DNA of 64,000 nt from an uncultured Eubacteriales bacterium (GTDB taxonomy: Bacteria; Acidobacteriota; Aminicenantia; Aminicenantales; Aminicenantaceae). The notes beneath the pieces are model-generated. The model saw only the letters and a list, made by a program, of their open reading frames with translations. It was not told the DNA's origin and ran no database searches. Position numbers and translations under genes: made by a program. The stretch lies in NCBI GenBank assembly GCA_964410125.1, contig CAYPGQ010000009.1, positions 13,192 to 77,191 of the forward strand, read 5' to 3'. Below, one piece after another: positions 15,247 to 23,555 of the stretch (its first letter is position 1; each line of letters opens with the position of its first letter).

Positions 15247-17337
15247 ATGGAATTTTTAAAAATTTCGAGGCAGAAGTGCCGGTTGTGCGGCCGGTGTGTG
15301 AGGGACTGCCCCACCAATGCCTTGATGATCGAGCAAGGGAAGGTGGTTCGGATCGAGAATCGGTGCATTCTGTGCGGATCCTGTTACAAGTACTGTCCGC
15401 ATGGGGCTGTCCAAATACAAACGGGCGTGAATGAAGTCTTGGACGGCCTGGACGCGGGGGAAAAAATCATCGCGTGCCTCGATCCCACATTCCCGGCCGT
15501 TCTGGATGTTGGAACACCTGGCCAGTTGGTGACGGCTCTGAAAAAATTGGGATTTCAGGAAGTTTGGGAATCTGCTCTTGGGGGAGATCTGATCAGCCGC
15601 GAGTATCGAAAATGGCTTTGGGGAAACTCCAAGAATTCTTATATCTCTTCATTCTGTCCTTCGGTCGTACTCTACGTCGAAAAATTTGCACCGCAGTTGG
15701 TCGATCAGCTCGCGCCTGTGGTTTCGCCGATGGTGGCAACCGGAAAAGCCATTAAGAAGCTCCTGGGAGAGGAGACCAAAGTGGTATTTATCGGTTCCTG
15801 TATCTCCCGGATTTACGAGAGCCGGATCCCCCATCTAGAGGGGATCGTTGATTGTGTTCTGACCTACCACGACATAAAAGATATTCTTGATGATAAGGGC
15901 ATAGATCGTGAGGTACAGGAAGAATCACAATTTGATGGACCGAAACCGGGTCTGGGCAGAGTGCTCAGTGTCTCTGGTGGAATGTCCAAATGCATTGGGT
16001 TTGAACAGGACCTGGTGAATTTGAATAATGTGATCACGGCGGGTCCAAAGAGTGCTATACGGGCCATCCAGCAGCTGCAGGATGGGGCCATCCGACCCAA
16101 GTTTCTCGATGTGCTTTTCTGTCAGGGATGCATCGATGGGCCTATCGTGGACAAGAACATATCGGGGCCGAGCCGAAAGCAGATCGTTGTGGATTTTTTT
16201 GAGTCCCAAAGCGAGGAGATTTGGGAAGGGGATAAAGACGTTACTTCGAAACTGTTGCCTATGGACCTTGGACGCAGCTTTTCTGTTCAGGATATATCTC
16301 TGCCAGAGCCGAAGGAAAAAGAGATTCAGGCCGTTTTGGCCGAATTGGGCAAAACCTATCCCAACCGGAATCTGGACTGTGGAGCATGTGGTTTCAACAC
16401 CTGCCGCGAGAAGGCTATCGCCGTCGTGCAGGGTCTGGCCGAGAAAGAAATGTGCATGCACTATCTTCTCACCCAATCGAGGCGCTTGTATTCCCGTCTG
16501 GAAAAGTCTCATCAGGAACTCAAGATTTCCCATGAAGAATTGGAACAGGCTCAGAGACAGCTCATTCAGTCCGAAAAATTGGCCTCTCTCGGTCAGTTGG
16601 CAGCCGGCGTGGCCCATGAATTGAACAATCCTCTGGGAACGATCACCCTTTTCGGCAGTATGCTCAAAAAAGATTTGGCTCACAATGAGAAGTGGGATAA
16701 AGACATCAGCCTTATCATCCTGGAAGCGGAACGGGCCGCCAAAATTGTCAAGGACCTGTTGAGTTTTTCACGGCAAACCAAGCTGAAACCAGGGCTTGTG
16801 AATATTGACAGCATTATCGAAGAGGCGGTCTCTCTTCTCGCCAAGCGATCCCTATTTCGTAACATTCAGGTGAAACAGGAACTGGATGTCTCTGCCCCGA
16901 CCACGTTTGCCGATCCTGATCTGCTCAAGCAGGTCTTTTTCAACATCATTCTGAACGGGGCTCAAGCCATGGAAGGAAGTGGAGAACTCACGATACGAAG
17001 TCATGCTATCAACAGGGATAAAAGGATCCAAATCCAGATCGAAGATACGGGAAAAGGAATTGCAGAGGACCATCTTTCCCGTCTTTTCGATCCTTTTTTC
17101 ACGACAAAGGAAAAGGGAACTGGGCTTGGGCTAGCCTTGGTTTACGGGATTGTGTCCAAACACAAGGGGACGATCGATGTGAAAAGCGAGCTGGGAAAAG
17201 GAACAACGTTTTATATAGACCTGCCTGTTTTGGATCAGTCGGAATGGAAAAAGGGAGAATTGAAGCTCGTGGATATGAAAAAAGTGCAAAGAGGAGGGGA
17301 AGATGCCTCAAAAGGGAAAGATCTTATTGGTGGATGA
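15247..17337 (+). CDS. Sensor histidine kinase with 2x[4Fe-4S] ferredoxin + [FeFe]-hydrogenase large-subunit-like + Fe-S (CxxCx4C..C) domains
   Basis: Two CxxCxxCxxxCP motifs (res 11-21, 40-50). The hydrogenase-like core has SSFCPS, GSCISR and FCQGCIDG at the positions of the H-cluster motifs. It also has LDCGACGFNTC...C, a coiled coil, the H-box AAGVAHELNNPL, and N/G boxes (NIILNGAQAM, DTGKGI, GTGLGLALV). Confidence 0.85.
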   Translation: MEFLKISRQKCRLCGRCVRDCPTNALMIEQGKVVRIENRCILCGSCYKYCPHGAVQIQTGVNEVLDGLDAGEKIIACLDPTFPAVLDVGTPGQLVTALKKLGFQEVWESALGGDLISREYRKWLWGNSKNSYISSFCPSVVLYVEKFAPQLVDQLAPVVSPMVATGKAIKKLLGEETKVVFIGSCISRIYESRIPHLEGIVDCVLTYHDIKDILDDKGIDREVQEESQFDGPKPGLGRVLSVSGGMSKCIGFEQDLVNLNNVITAGPKSAIRAIQQLQDGAIRPKFLDVLFCQGCIDGPIVDKNISGPSRKQIVVDFFESQSEEIWEGDKDVTSKLLPMDLGRSFSVQDISLPEPKEKEIQAVLAELGKTYPNRNLDCGACGFNTCREKAIAVVQGLAEKEMCMHYLLTQSRRLYSRLEKSHQELKISHEELEQAQRQLIQSEKLASLGQLAAGVAHELNNPLGTITLFGSMLKKDLAHNEKWDKDISLIILEAERAAKIVKDLLSFSRQTKLKPGLVNIDSIIEEAVSLLAKRSLFRNIQVKQELDVSAPTTFADPDLLKQVFFNIILNGAQAMEGSGELTIRSHAINRDKRIQIQIEDTGKGIAEDHLSRLFDPFFTTKEKGTGLGLALVYGIVSKHKGTIDVKSELGKGTTFYIDLPVLDQSEWKKGELKLVDMKKVQRGGEDASKGKDLIGG

Positions 17338-17704
17338 TGACCTGGATTTTCTCGAAATGCATAAGGCTGTGCTGGTTAATCATGGTTATGAAGTGAAAAC
17401 AGCTCCCAGTGCTCAAGAGGGATTGGAAAAAGTGAGAACAGAAATGCCAGACCTGATCGTCCTGGATTTGATGATGGAGAAACACGACGCTGGATTTTCC
17501 TTTTCCAGACAAATCAAAAGCGATCCCCTATTCAAAAAAATCCCTATCCTGATGGTGACTGCCGTGGCCGATGTTACAGGCTTCAAGTTTTCATTGGAAA
17601 AGGATGGATACTGGATGAAAACGGATGAGTTTCTCGATAAACCTGTGGAACCATCGGTTCTCATCGAAAAAGTCGAAAAATTACTCGGAAAAAAAGAGGA
17701 GTAA
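17303..17704 (+). CDS. CheY-like single-domain response regulator
   Basis: 133 aa with a GGAGG Shine-Dalgarno sequence. It overlaps the kinase gene by 35 nt. REC motifs are KILLVDDDLDFLE, DLIVLDLMM, ILMVTA and FLDKP. Confidence 0.9.
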   Translation: MPQKGKILLVDDDLDFLEMHKAVLVNHGYEVKTAPSAQEGLEKVRTEMPDLIVLDLMMEKHDAGFSFSRQIKSDPLFKKIPILMVTAVADVTGFKFSLEKDGYWMKTDEFLDKPVEPSVLIEKVEKLLGKKEE

Positions 17705-17705
17705 A

Positions 17706-19193
17706 TTGAGCACCAAAGCGAATATCCTGGTTGTGGATGATGAAATGGGAATCCGGGAGGGCTGCAAGCGAGCCCTTTCCGAAGAAGGTTATGCCGTGGA
17801 TGATGCGGAGGATGGCCAGGCCGGACTCCAGAAAGTCACACAGAATGACTACGACTTAGTCCTGGTCGATCTGATGATGCCGGGTATAGGGGGCATGGAC
17901 CTCATCAAGAAAATTCACCACATGGACCCTGAGATCATCACAGTGGTGATCACAGGGAATGCGACGATCGAAACAGCAGTCGAGGCCACAAAACTTGGCG
18001 CGTACGATTATCTTCCCAAACCCTTTTCCCCCGAGGCGCTGGCCGCGGTCGTCAAGCGCGGGCTGGAAAAGAGAATTCTCAGCCTCGAAGCGAAAAAACT
18101 CTACGCTGAGAGGACACAAAAGATGCTGGAACTGGTGAATGAAAGGAGCCGGCTGCGGACCATTGTCGGCTGCATGGCCGATGGTGTTTTGGTGGCCAAT
18201 CTGGAAGGCCGGCTTGTGCTCTGGAATGCATCCAGTGTCAAGATGCTTAAATCTAAGGGTTTTGATATAGCCGGAGAGCCCCTCGAATACTATATTTCTA
18301 ATGAACCTCTTATCGCCGGCATCAAAGAAGTTCTTAATTCTGAGGATAAAGATTTTTCGATGATAAGCCGGGAAGTTCCCGTCCAGGACGAAAAAGTGAT
18401 CTTGATGGCTAATATAGCGCCAGTCAGGGACGAAGGCGAAAAGATCCTTGGAGCGGTGACGGTTCTCAGGGATATCACAACACTCAAAGAGATCAATAAG
18501 ATCAAGTCGCAGTTTGTCTCGATGGTCGCTCATGAGCTCAGGGCTCCGCTGGCTGCGATCAAGGGTTGGCTGGAAGTAATCCTTTCTGGCGAAGCCGGCG
18601 GGGATGCGGAACAGAATAAGCAATGGCTCCAGCGGGCCATGGATCGTTCAGACTCTTTGCTGGCGCTGGTCAATGACCTTCTCGTGATCAACCGGATGGA
18701 GGCTGGAAAGATTGCCCAAAAAATGGAGCCTGTCCTGATAAACGACGTTATAAAAAAAATAGTCGATTTTTTAAAACCTGAGGCCGAAAAACGAAAAGTG
18801 ACCTTAACCATTGAATTACCTGAAGACCTTCCTTCTATCCAAGCTGATCTCAGAGATATGGAAAAGCTTTTCACCAACCTGGTCAGCAATGCGATCAAAT
18901 TCAACAGGAAGAATGGGTCTGTCACCATAAAAGGGGAGGTCGAGGGGAGTTCTATCCATCTTAGTGTAAAGGACACCGGCATCGGGATTTTAGCCGATCA
19001 CCTATCCCATATCTTCGATGATTTTTACCGTGCCGATGATGAAAAAATAAAAAAGATATCCGGCACCGGGCTCGGTTTGACCATCGCCAAAAAGATTGTC
19101 AACTCCTATTTTGGGCACATCGAGGTGGCAAGCGAACCAGATAAAGGAAGCATCTTTTCTATATTTCTTCCCCTTGAGCATCGCAAAGATTAA
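17706..19193 (+). CDS. Hybrid REC-PAS-histidine kinase
   Basis: REC (NILVVDDEMGIREG...DLVLVDLMMPG...VITGNA...YLPKPF), a PAS-like segment, the H-box SMVAHELRAPL and an HATPase domain (NLVSNAIKF, DTGIGI, GTGLGLTIAK). I place the start at TTG 17706, 1 nt after the upstream stop and behind GAGGAG. The track ORF starts at 17625. Confidence 0.85.
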   Translation: MSTKANILVVDDEMGIREGCKRALSEEGYAVDDAEDGQAGLQKVTQNDYDLVLVDLMMPGIGGMDLIKKIHHMDPEIITVVITGNATIETAVEATKLGAYDYLPKPFSPEALAAVVKRGLEKRILSLEAKKLYAERTQKMLELVNERSRLRTIVGCMADGVLVANLEGRLVLWNASSVKMLKSKGFDIAGEPLEYYISNEPLIAGIKEVLNSEDKDFSMISREVPVQDEKVILMANIAPVRDEGEKILGAVTVLRDITTLKEINKIKSQFVSMVAHELRAPLAAIKGWLEVILSGEAGGDAEQNKQWLQRAMDRSDSLLALVNDLLVINRMEAGKIAQKMEPVLINDVIKKIVDFLKPEAEKRKVTLTIELPEDLPSIQADLRDMEKLFTNLVSNAIKFNRKNGSVTIKGEVEGSSIHLSVKDTGIGILADHLSHIFDDFYRADDEKIKKISGTGLGLTIAKKIVNSYFGHIEVASEPDKGSIFSIFLPLEHRKD

Positions 19194-19203
19194 GAGGCAA
19201 AAA

Positions 19204-21486
19204 ATGAGTTCAAGCGAAAAATACAAGTTGAATGAGATTGTCCATAAAGAAAGCTTAGCCCCGGCTATCACACTTTTTAAAATTTATACACCTGTTGTAG
19301 CCAATGCCGTGAAGGCGGGACAGTTCGCCGTCGTCAGAACGGATGACTATGCGGAGAGAGTCCCCTTGACTGTTGCGGATAAAGACCTAAAGGGAGAGAC
19401 CATCACGCTGATCGTGCAGGTTGTGGGGACGGCCACACGGAAAATGGACTCCTTGGAAGTGGGGGATTTTTTTCTCGATGTTGTCGGTCCTCTGGGACAG
19501 GCGACAGAGGTCGGGAGTGCGGGAACCGTGGTGTGTATCGGAGGGGGCGTCGGTGTCGCCCCTGTTTATCCGATTACCAGAGCATTTAAAGAGGCCGGGA
19601 ATCGCATCATCTCCATCATCGGTGCGCGGTCCAAGGAAATGATCATCCTGGAAGACGAGATGCGGGCCACAAGCGACGAGCTGTATATCGCCACAGACGA
19701 TGGTTCCGAGGGGCATCATGGTTTTGTGACAGATATCCTCAAAAAGCTTCTAGCAGATGGAACAGAGATTAATGAAGTTGTAGCCATAGGCCCGGGAATA
19801 ATGATGAAAGCCGTGGCCGATATCACGAAGGAGCCGGGCATCAAAACCATCGTGAGCCTCAACTCTCTCATGGTGGATGGAACAGGCATGTGCGGGGGGT
19901 GCCGGATCACAGTAGGAGGAGAAACAAAATTTGTCTGTGTGGATGGGCCGGAATTTGACGGCCATCTGGTCGATTTTGATGAGCTCATGCAGCGCTCGGA
20001 GATGTATGTCCGGGAAGAACATCGTGCCATGTGGGATTATGAATGCCGGCTGCAGCAAGCCGACGATAACCTAAAAAGAGCAAACAACCGGGAGCCCATG
20101 CCCAAACAGGACCCGAAGATGCGGATCCAGAATTTTGATGAGGTGGCGTTGGGATACAACCGGGAACAAGCCATGCGAGAAGCTTCACGCTGCCTGCAGT
20201 GCAAAAAGCCTTTTTGTGTGGAAGGATGCCCTGTGGATATCGACATTCCGGCTTTTATCATCAAAATCAAAGAAGGGGATTTCATGGGGGCCATCCACAA
20301 GATCAAGGAAAAAAACAGCCTGCCTGCTGTATGCGGCAGAGTATGCCCACAGGAGGAACAGTGCGAAGCGAAGTGCATCCTCGGGAAGAAAAAAGATCCC
20401 ATCGCCATAGGCCGATTGGAACGGTTTGTGGCAGATTATGAGTTTGACCAGGGCGAAGCGCGAGTCCCGAAGCTTCCTGAACCGACAGGGAAAAAGGTGG
20501 CGGTGATCGGTGCCGGCCCAGCAGGACTCACCGTTGCCGGGGAATTGTGCAAGATCGGTCACGCTGTCACGGTTTTCGAAGCTCTCCATGCCCCGGGAGG
20601 AGTTCTTGTTTACGGCATTCCCGAGTTTCGTCTACCCAAATGGATTGTCCAGAGGGAGAGCGATTACATCGGGAAGTTGGGAGCGGATATCAAAGTCAGT
20701 TATGTCGTCGGCAAAGCCAAAACCGTGAACGAGCTACTTGAAGACGGATACGATGCGGTGTTTATCGGGACAGGGGCAGGATTACCCTATTTTCTGAATA
20801 TTCCGGGGGAGAACCTTAATGGAGTATATTCGGCAAACGAATTTCTGACCCGGGTTAATCTGATGAAGGCCTATCTTTTTCCCGAATACAACACGCCCAT
20901 CCGTCTCGGCCAAAAAATCGCGGTCATCGGCGGAGGAAACGTGACAATGGATTCAGCCCGAACTTCCCTACGCCTTGGTGCCGAGAAAGTCTATCTGGTC
21001 TACCGGAGGTCCCGCGAGGAGATGCCTGCTCGGGAGGAAGAGATCGAGAATGCCTTTGAAGAAGGCATCGAACCCCGTCTGCTGACCAATCCGATCCGGA
21101 TCCTGGGCAATGAAAGAGGATGGGTCACAGGATTGGAATGTGTCCAGACGAAATTGACAGAGCCTGATGATTCTGGCCGGAGGCGTCCCGTTGCCATAGA
21201 GGGTTCTGAGCATGTTATCGATGTGGATATGGTGATTGTGGCTATCGGTCAGGGGCCGAACCCGTTGTTGACTTCGACGACACCGGACTTAGAACTGACA
21301 AAATGGGGAAACATCGTGGCCGATGAAGAGACAGGGCGGACATCGAAAAAGGGTGTTTTTGCCGGAGGGGATATTGTCACAGGTGCGGCCACCGTGATTC
21401 TTGCGATGGGCGCGGGCAAAATTGCGGCCCGATCCATCGACCAGTACTTAAACGATGGAAAATGGGAGATCGCTCGTGAAGGCTAG
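19204..21486 (+). CDS. nfnAB: Fused NfnA-NfnB: NADH-dependent reduced-ferredoxin:NADP+ oxidoreductase-type (sulfide dehydrogenase/GltD-like) single polypeptide
   Basis: The N-terminal PyrK/NfnA-like FAD/NAD module carries the [2Fe-2S] motif DGTGMCGGCR...FVCVDGPEF. The C-terminal GltD/NfnB-like module has 2x[4Fe-4S] (RCLQCKKPFCVEGCP; CGRVCPQEEQCEAKC), GAGPAGL and a second dinucleotide fold (VIGGGNVTMD). The ATG at 19204 lies behind AAGAGG, and the upstream part of the track ORF overlaps the kinase gene. Confidence 0.85.
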   Translation: MSSSEKYKLNEIVHKESLAPAITLFKIYTPVVANAVKAGQFAVVRTDDYAERVPLTVADKDLKGETITLIVQVVGTATRKMDSLEVGDFFLDVVGPLGQATEVGSAGTVVCIGGGVGVAPVYPITRAFKEAGNRIISIIGARSKEMIILEDEMRATSDELYIATDDGSEGHHGFVTDILKKLLADGTEINEVVAIGPGIMMKAVADITKEPGIKTIVSLNSLMVDGTGMCGGCRITVGGETKFVCVDGPEFDGHLVDFDELMQRSEMYVREEHRAMWDYECRLQQADDNLKRANNREPMPKQDPKMRIQNFDEVALGYNREQAMREASRCLQCKKPFCVEGCPVDIDIPAFIIKIKEGDFMGAIHKIKEKNSLPAVCGRVCPQEEQCEAKCILGKKKDPIAIGRLERFVADYEFDQGEARVPKLPEPTGKKVAVIGAGPAGLTVAGELCKIGHAVTVFEALHAPGGVLVYGIPEFRLPKWIVQRESDYIGKLGADIKVSYVVGKAKTVNELLEDGYDAVFIGTGAGLPYFLNIPGENLNGVYSANEFLTRVNLMKAYLFPEYNTPIRLGQKIAVIGGGNVTMDSARTSLRLGAEKVYLVYRRSREEMPAREEEIENAFEEGIEPRLLTNPIRILGNERGWVTGLECVQTKLTEPDDSGRRRPVAIEGSEHVIDVDMVIVAIGQGPNPLLTSTTPDLELTKWGNIVADEETGRTSKKGVFAGGDIVTGAATVILAMGAGKIAARSIDQYLNDGKWEIAREG

Positions 21487-22110
21487 ATCCTCAATGTCGC
21501 TGCGGACATTCCTTATGGAAAGGGACGGGATTCGGGAGATGTCCAAAATCTTTATTCTCGGATCGAGCATCTGCCCTTCAGTGGGCTGCTGATGAATTTT
21601 CTTTACAACATCCATGCCGCCTACCACTCTGCCAAAGGCAGAAAATCCCTGGCTATCCGGATTGCGTTTGCCCTCAAAATCCAGCTCGGACTGGTCTCCG
21701 ACACAGATGAAAAACTCCGAAGAGGCTGTCCCGGGTTTTGATCTGGCCATGGAAATCACACCATTTTTGTGGAGGATGCCTGTTTTGTCCGTTGTTTCGT
21801 GTTCGATGGGAGAGAGCATATTCCCTCGAGTTTCTGCACTCAATCCGCCCTGGATGACTTCGATCTTGATGTCATTATTGGGCTGGTTATCCATCGTGAC
21901 AACCCGGTAAAAACATCCGTTTTTATAACGTCCTTCATCTACATACTTGAGAAAATTGGCGGCCGTGACCGGGGCATCCTTTTCATAAATTTCAATCGAG
22001 ATATCCCCAAGTTCTGTGTTAATCAAAACACAAGGATTTTCTGCTCCACCTGCCCAAATCAAAGAACAGATGATAAAAAGTTGTCCCAATAGCCTCCAAA
22101 ATGTTCTCAT
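21448..22110 (-). CDS. Cyclophilin-type peptidyl-prolyl cis-trans isomerase, exported
   Basis: Signal peptide (FWRLLGQLFIICSLIWAGGA). Cyclophilin blocks are present (APVTAANFLKYVDEGRYKNGCFYRV, GVISMARS...SEFFIC, AFGRVVGGMDVV). The ATG at 22110 has an AGGAGA Shine-Dalgarno sequence. The 3' end overlaps nfn by 39 nt. Confidence 0.85.
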   Translation of the reverse strand: MRTFWRLLGQLFIICSLIWAGGAENPCVLINTELGDISIEIYEKDAPVTAANFLKYVDEGRYKNGCFYRVVTMDNQPNNDIKIEVIQGGLSAETRGNMLSPIEHETTDKTGILHKNGVISMARSKPGTASSEFFICVGDQSELDFEGKRNPDSQGFSAFGRVVGGMDVVKKIHQQPTEGQMLDPRIKILDISRIPSLSIRNVRSDIEDLAFTSDLPFSIV

Positions 22111-22274
22111 TTTTGTTTCTCCTATGGTTCCTTTTTGTTTCAACAGCTACCTTATCAAAGAAAGAGAATAGAATTCAATATAATCTTCATTCAAGAAATT
22201 TGGTTATATCCTTGATTTGAAGCGAGAAAATCGTTACCTTATATGGACATGTTTGAGATAAATCATCGGAGAGG

Positions 22275-23540
22275 ATGCAGATGGCACGGACATTGACTCT
22301 GGATGGTATGCGGTGGCCCCGGATTCTGAGCTTTTTTTCAGGAATCGGGATGATGGTAGCCTCATTCCTGACTATCCAGCATTTTTTTCTTGCCAATTAT
22401 CCCGAAAACATATTCGAAGGATCCTTTTGCGACATAAGCGCTTTTTTCAACTGCGATAGCTCTGCTTTTTCTATGGTTTCCGCTGTGCAGGGGATTCCCC
22501 TCGGTTTTTTTGGATTAATCATAGGCGCTCTTGTTGTGCTCGGCGTAATCTTTCCATCGGAAAACTTTGAACGCACCAATTCCTTTATTGCCTTCCTGAA
22601 TATCCTCGGCGTTATCGCGCTATTTGCTTATTCCGTTTTTTTCGTGGGAAGCCTTTGTCTCCTTTGCACCGGCTTTTATGTCTTTTCACTTTTAAGTTTT
22701 ATCCTTTTCTGGAAATTCGGGATCGGACGGGGAAAAAGAATTTCTTTTATCCGTTTTTTCCAGCCATCTCTCAAGATGCTCGTGACCTTTACGTGTATCA
22801 CAGCCTTCGGAACTTACGGAATGATCCAGTTTCACGATGCGAAAAAGGATGCCCAGGCCGCTGTTAGTTTGCGGATTATCAAGCAATTCCGCGATCTGCC
22901 TGTGGTGGCCAATCCCAGCATCATATCGCCCTACTGGACAGTACGCTCCACTGAATATTTTGAGGATGCGCCGATCCAGGTTATTGAATTTTCAGATTTT
23001 CTCTGCCCGGACTGTTTGTTCCTCACACAGGAGTTTGACAGACTGAAACAGGAGTTCGCCGGAAAAATAAACATCGCCTTTCAATTTTTTCCTCTCGAGG
23101 GGCTTTGTAATCCAGTTGCTCTGGAAAAGGATATTCATCCGGGAGCCTGTGAGCTGGCTTATATCGCGGCATACGATCCGGCCCAATTCGTCGCTATCCA
23201 TGATGAGATCTTTGTCAATTTCAATGCGGCCCGAAGGCCGGAATGGCGCCAGGAATTGGCGATGAAATACGGAGTGGAGCAGGCGCTCAGCGATTCCGTC
23301 ACGCATGATATTGTGAGGTCCATCGCCAATACTGGTATGGAGTACGAAAAGACGTCAGAAAAATTCTCTTACGGGATCCGGTCCACCCCGACCATGATCA
23401 TCAATGGCCGGATGATCATTGGCACCCTGCCATACGAGCAAATGCGGGCGATATTCCAGGACCTTGTGGACGAATACGAGGGACGATCCCGTTTTATCGA
23501 GCAATGGGTTCCGCCCAAAGGAAGAAAAATAAAGCGTTAG
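22275..23540 (+). CDS. VKOR-family membrane oxidoreductase fused to a DsbA-like thioredoxin-fold domain
   Basis: The N-terminal multi-TM domain has the loop Cys pair (FCDISAFFNC) and the membrane CxxC (LCLLC) of vitamin-K epoxide reductase homologues. The C-terminal DsbA-like domain has the active site FSDFLCPDC. Confidence 0.8.
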   Translation: MQMARTLTLDGMRWPRILSFFSGIGMMVASFLTIQHFFLANYPENIFEGSFCDISAFFNCDSSAFSMVSAVQGIPLGFFGLIIGALVVLGVIFPSENFERTNSFIAFLNILGVIALFAYSVFFVGSLCLLCTGFYVFSLLSFILFWKFGIGRGKRISFIRFFQPSLKMLVTFTCITAFGTYGMIQFHDAKKDAQAAVSLRIIKQFRDLPVVANPSIISPYWTVRSTEYFEDAPIQVIEFSDFLCPDCLFLTQEFDRLKQEFAGKINIAFQFFPLEGLCNPVALEKDIHPGACELAYIAAYDPAQFVAIHDEIFVNFNAARRPEWRQELAMKYGVEQALSDSVTHDIVRSIANTGMEYEKTSEKFSYGIRSTPTMIINGRMIIGTLPYEQMRAIFQDLVDEYEGRSRFIEQWVPPKGRKIKR

Positions 23541-23555
23541 TTTAAAGAGTGTCCC

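Noticed and set aside
19096-19203. An upstream extension of the nfn ORF would add 36 residues starting at 19096.
   Set aside because: The extension overlaps the 3' end of the kinase gene. The ATG at 19204 has an AAGAGG Shine-Dalgarno sequence and starts the conserved NfnA sequence.
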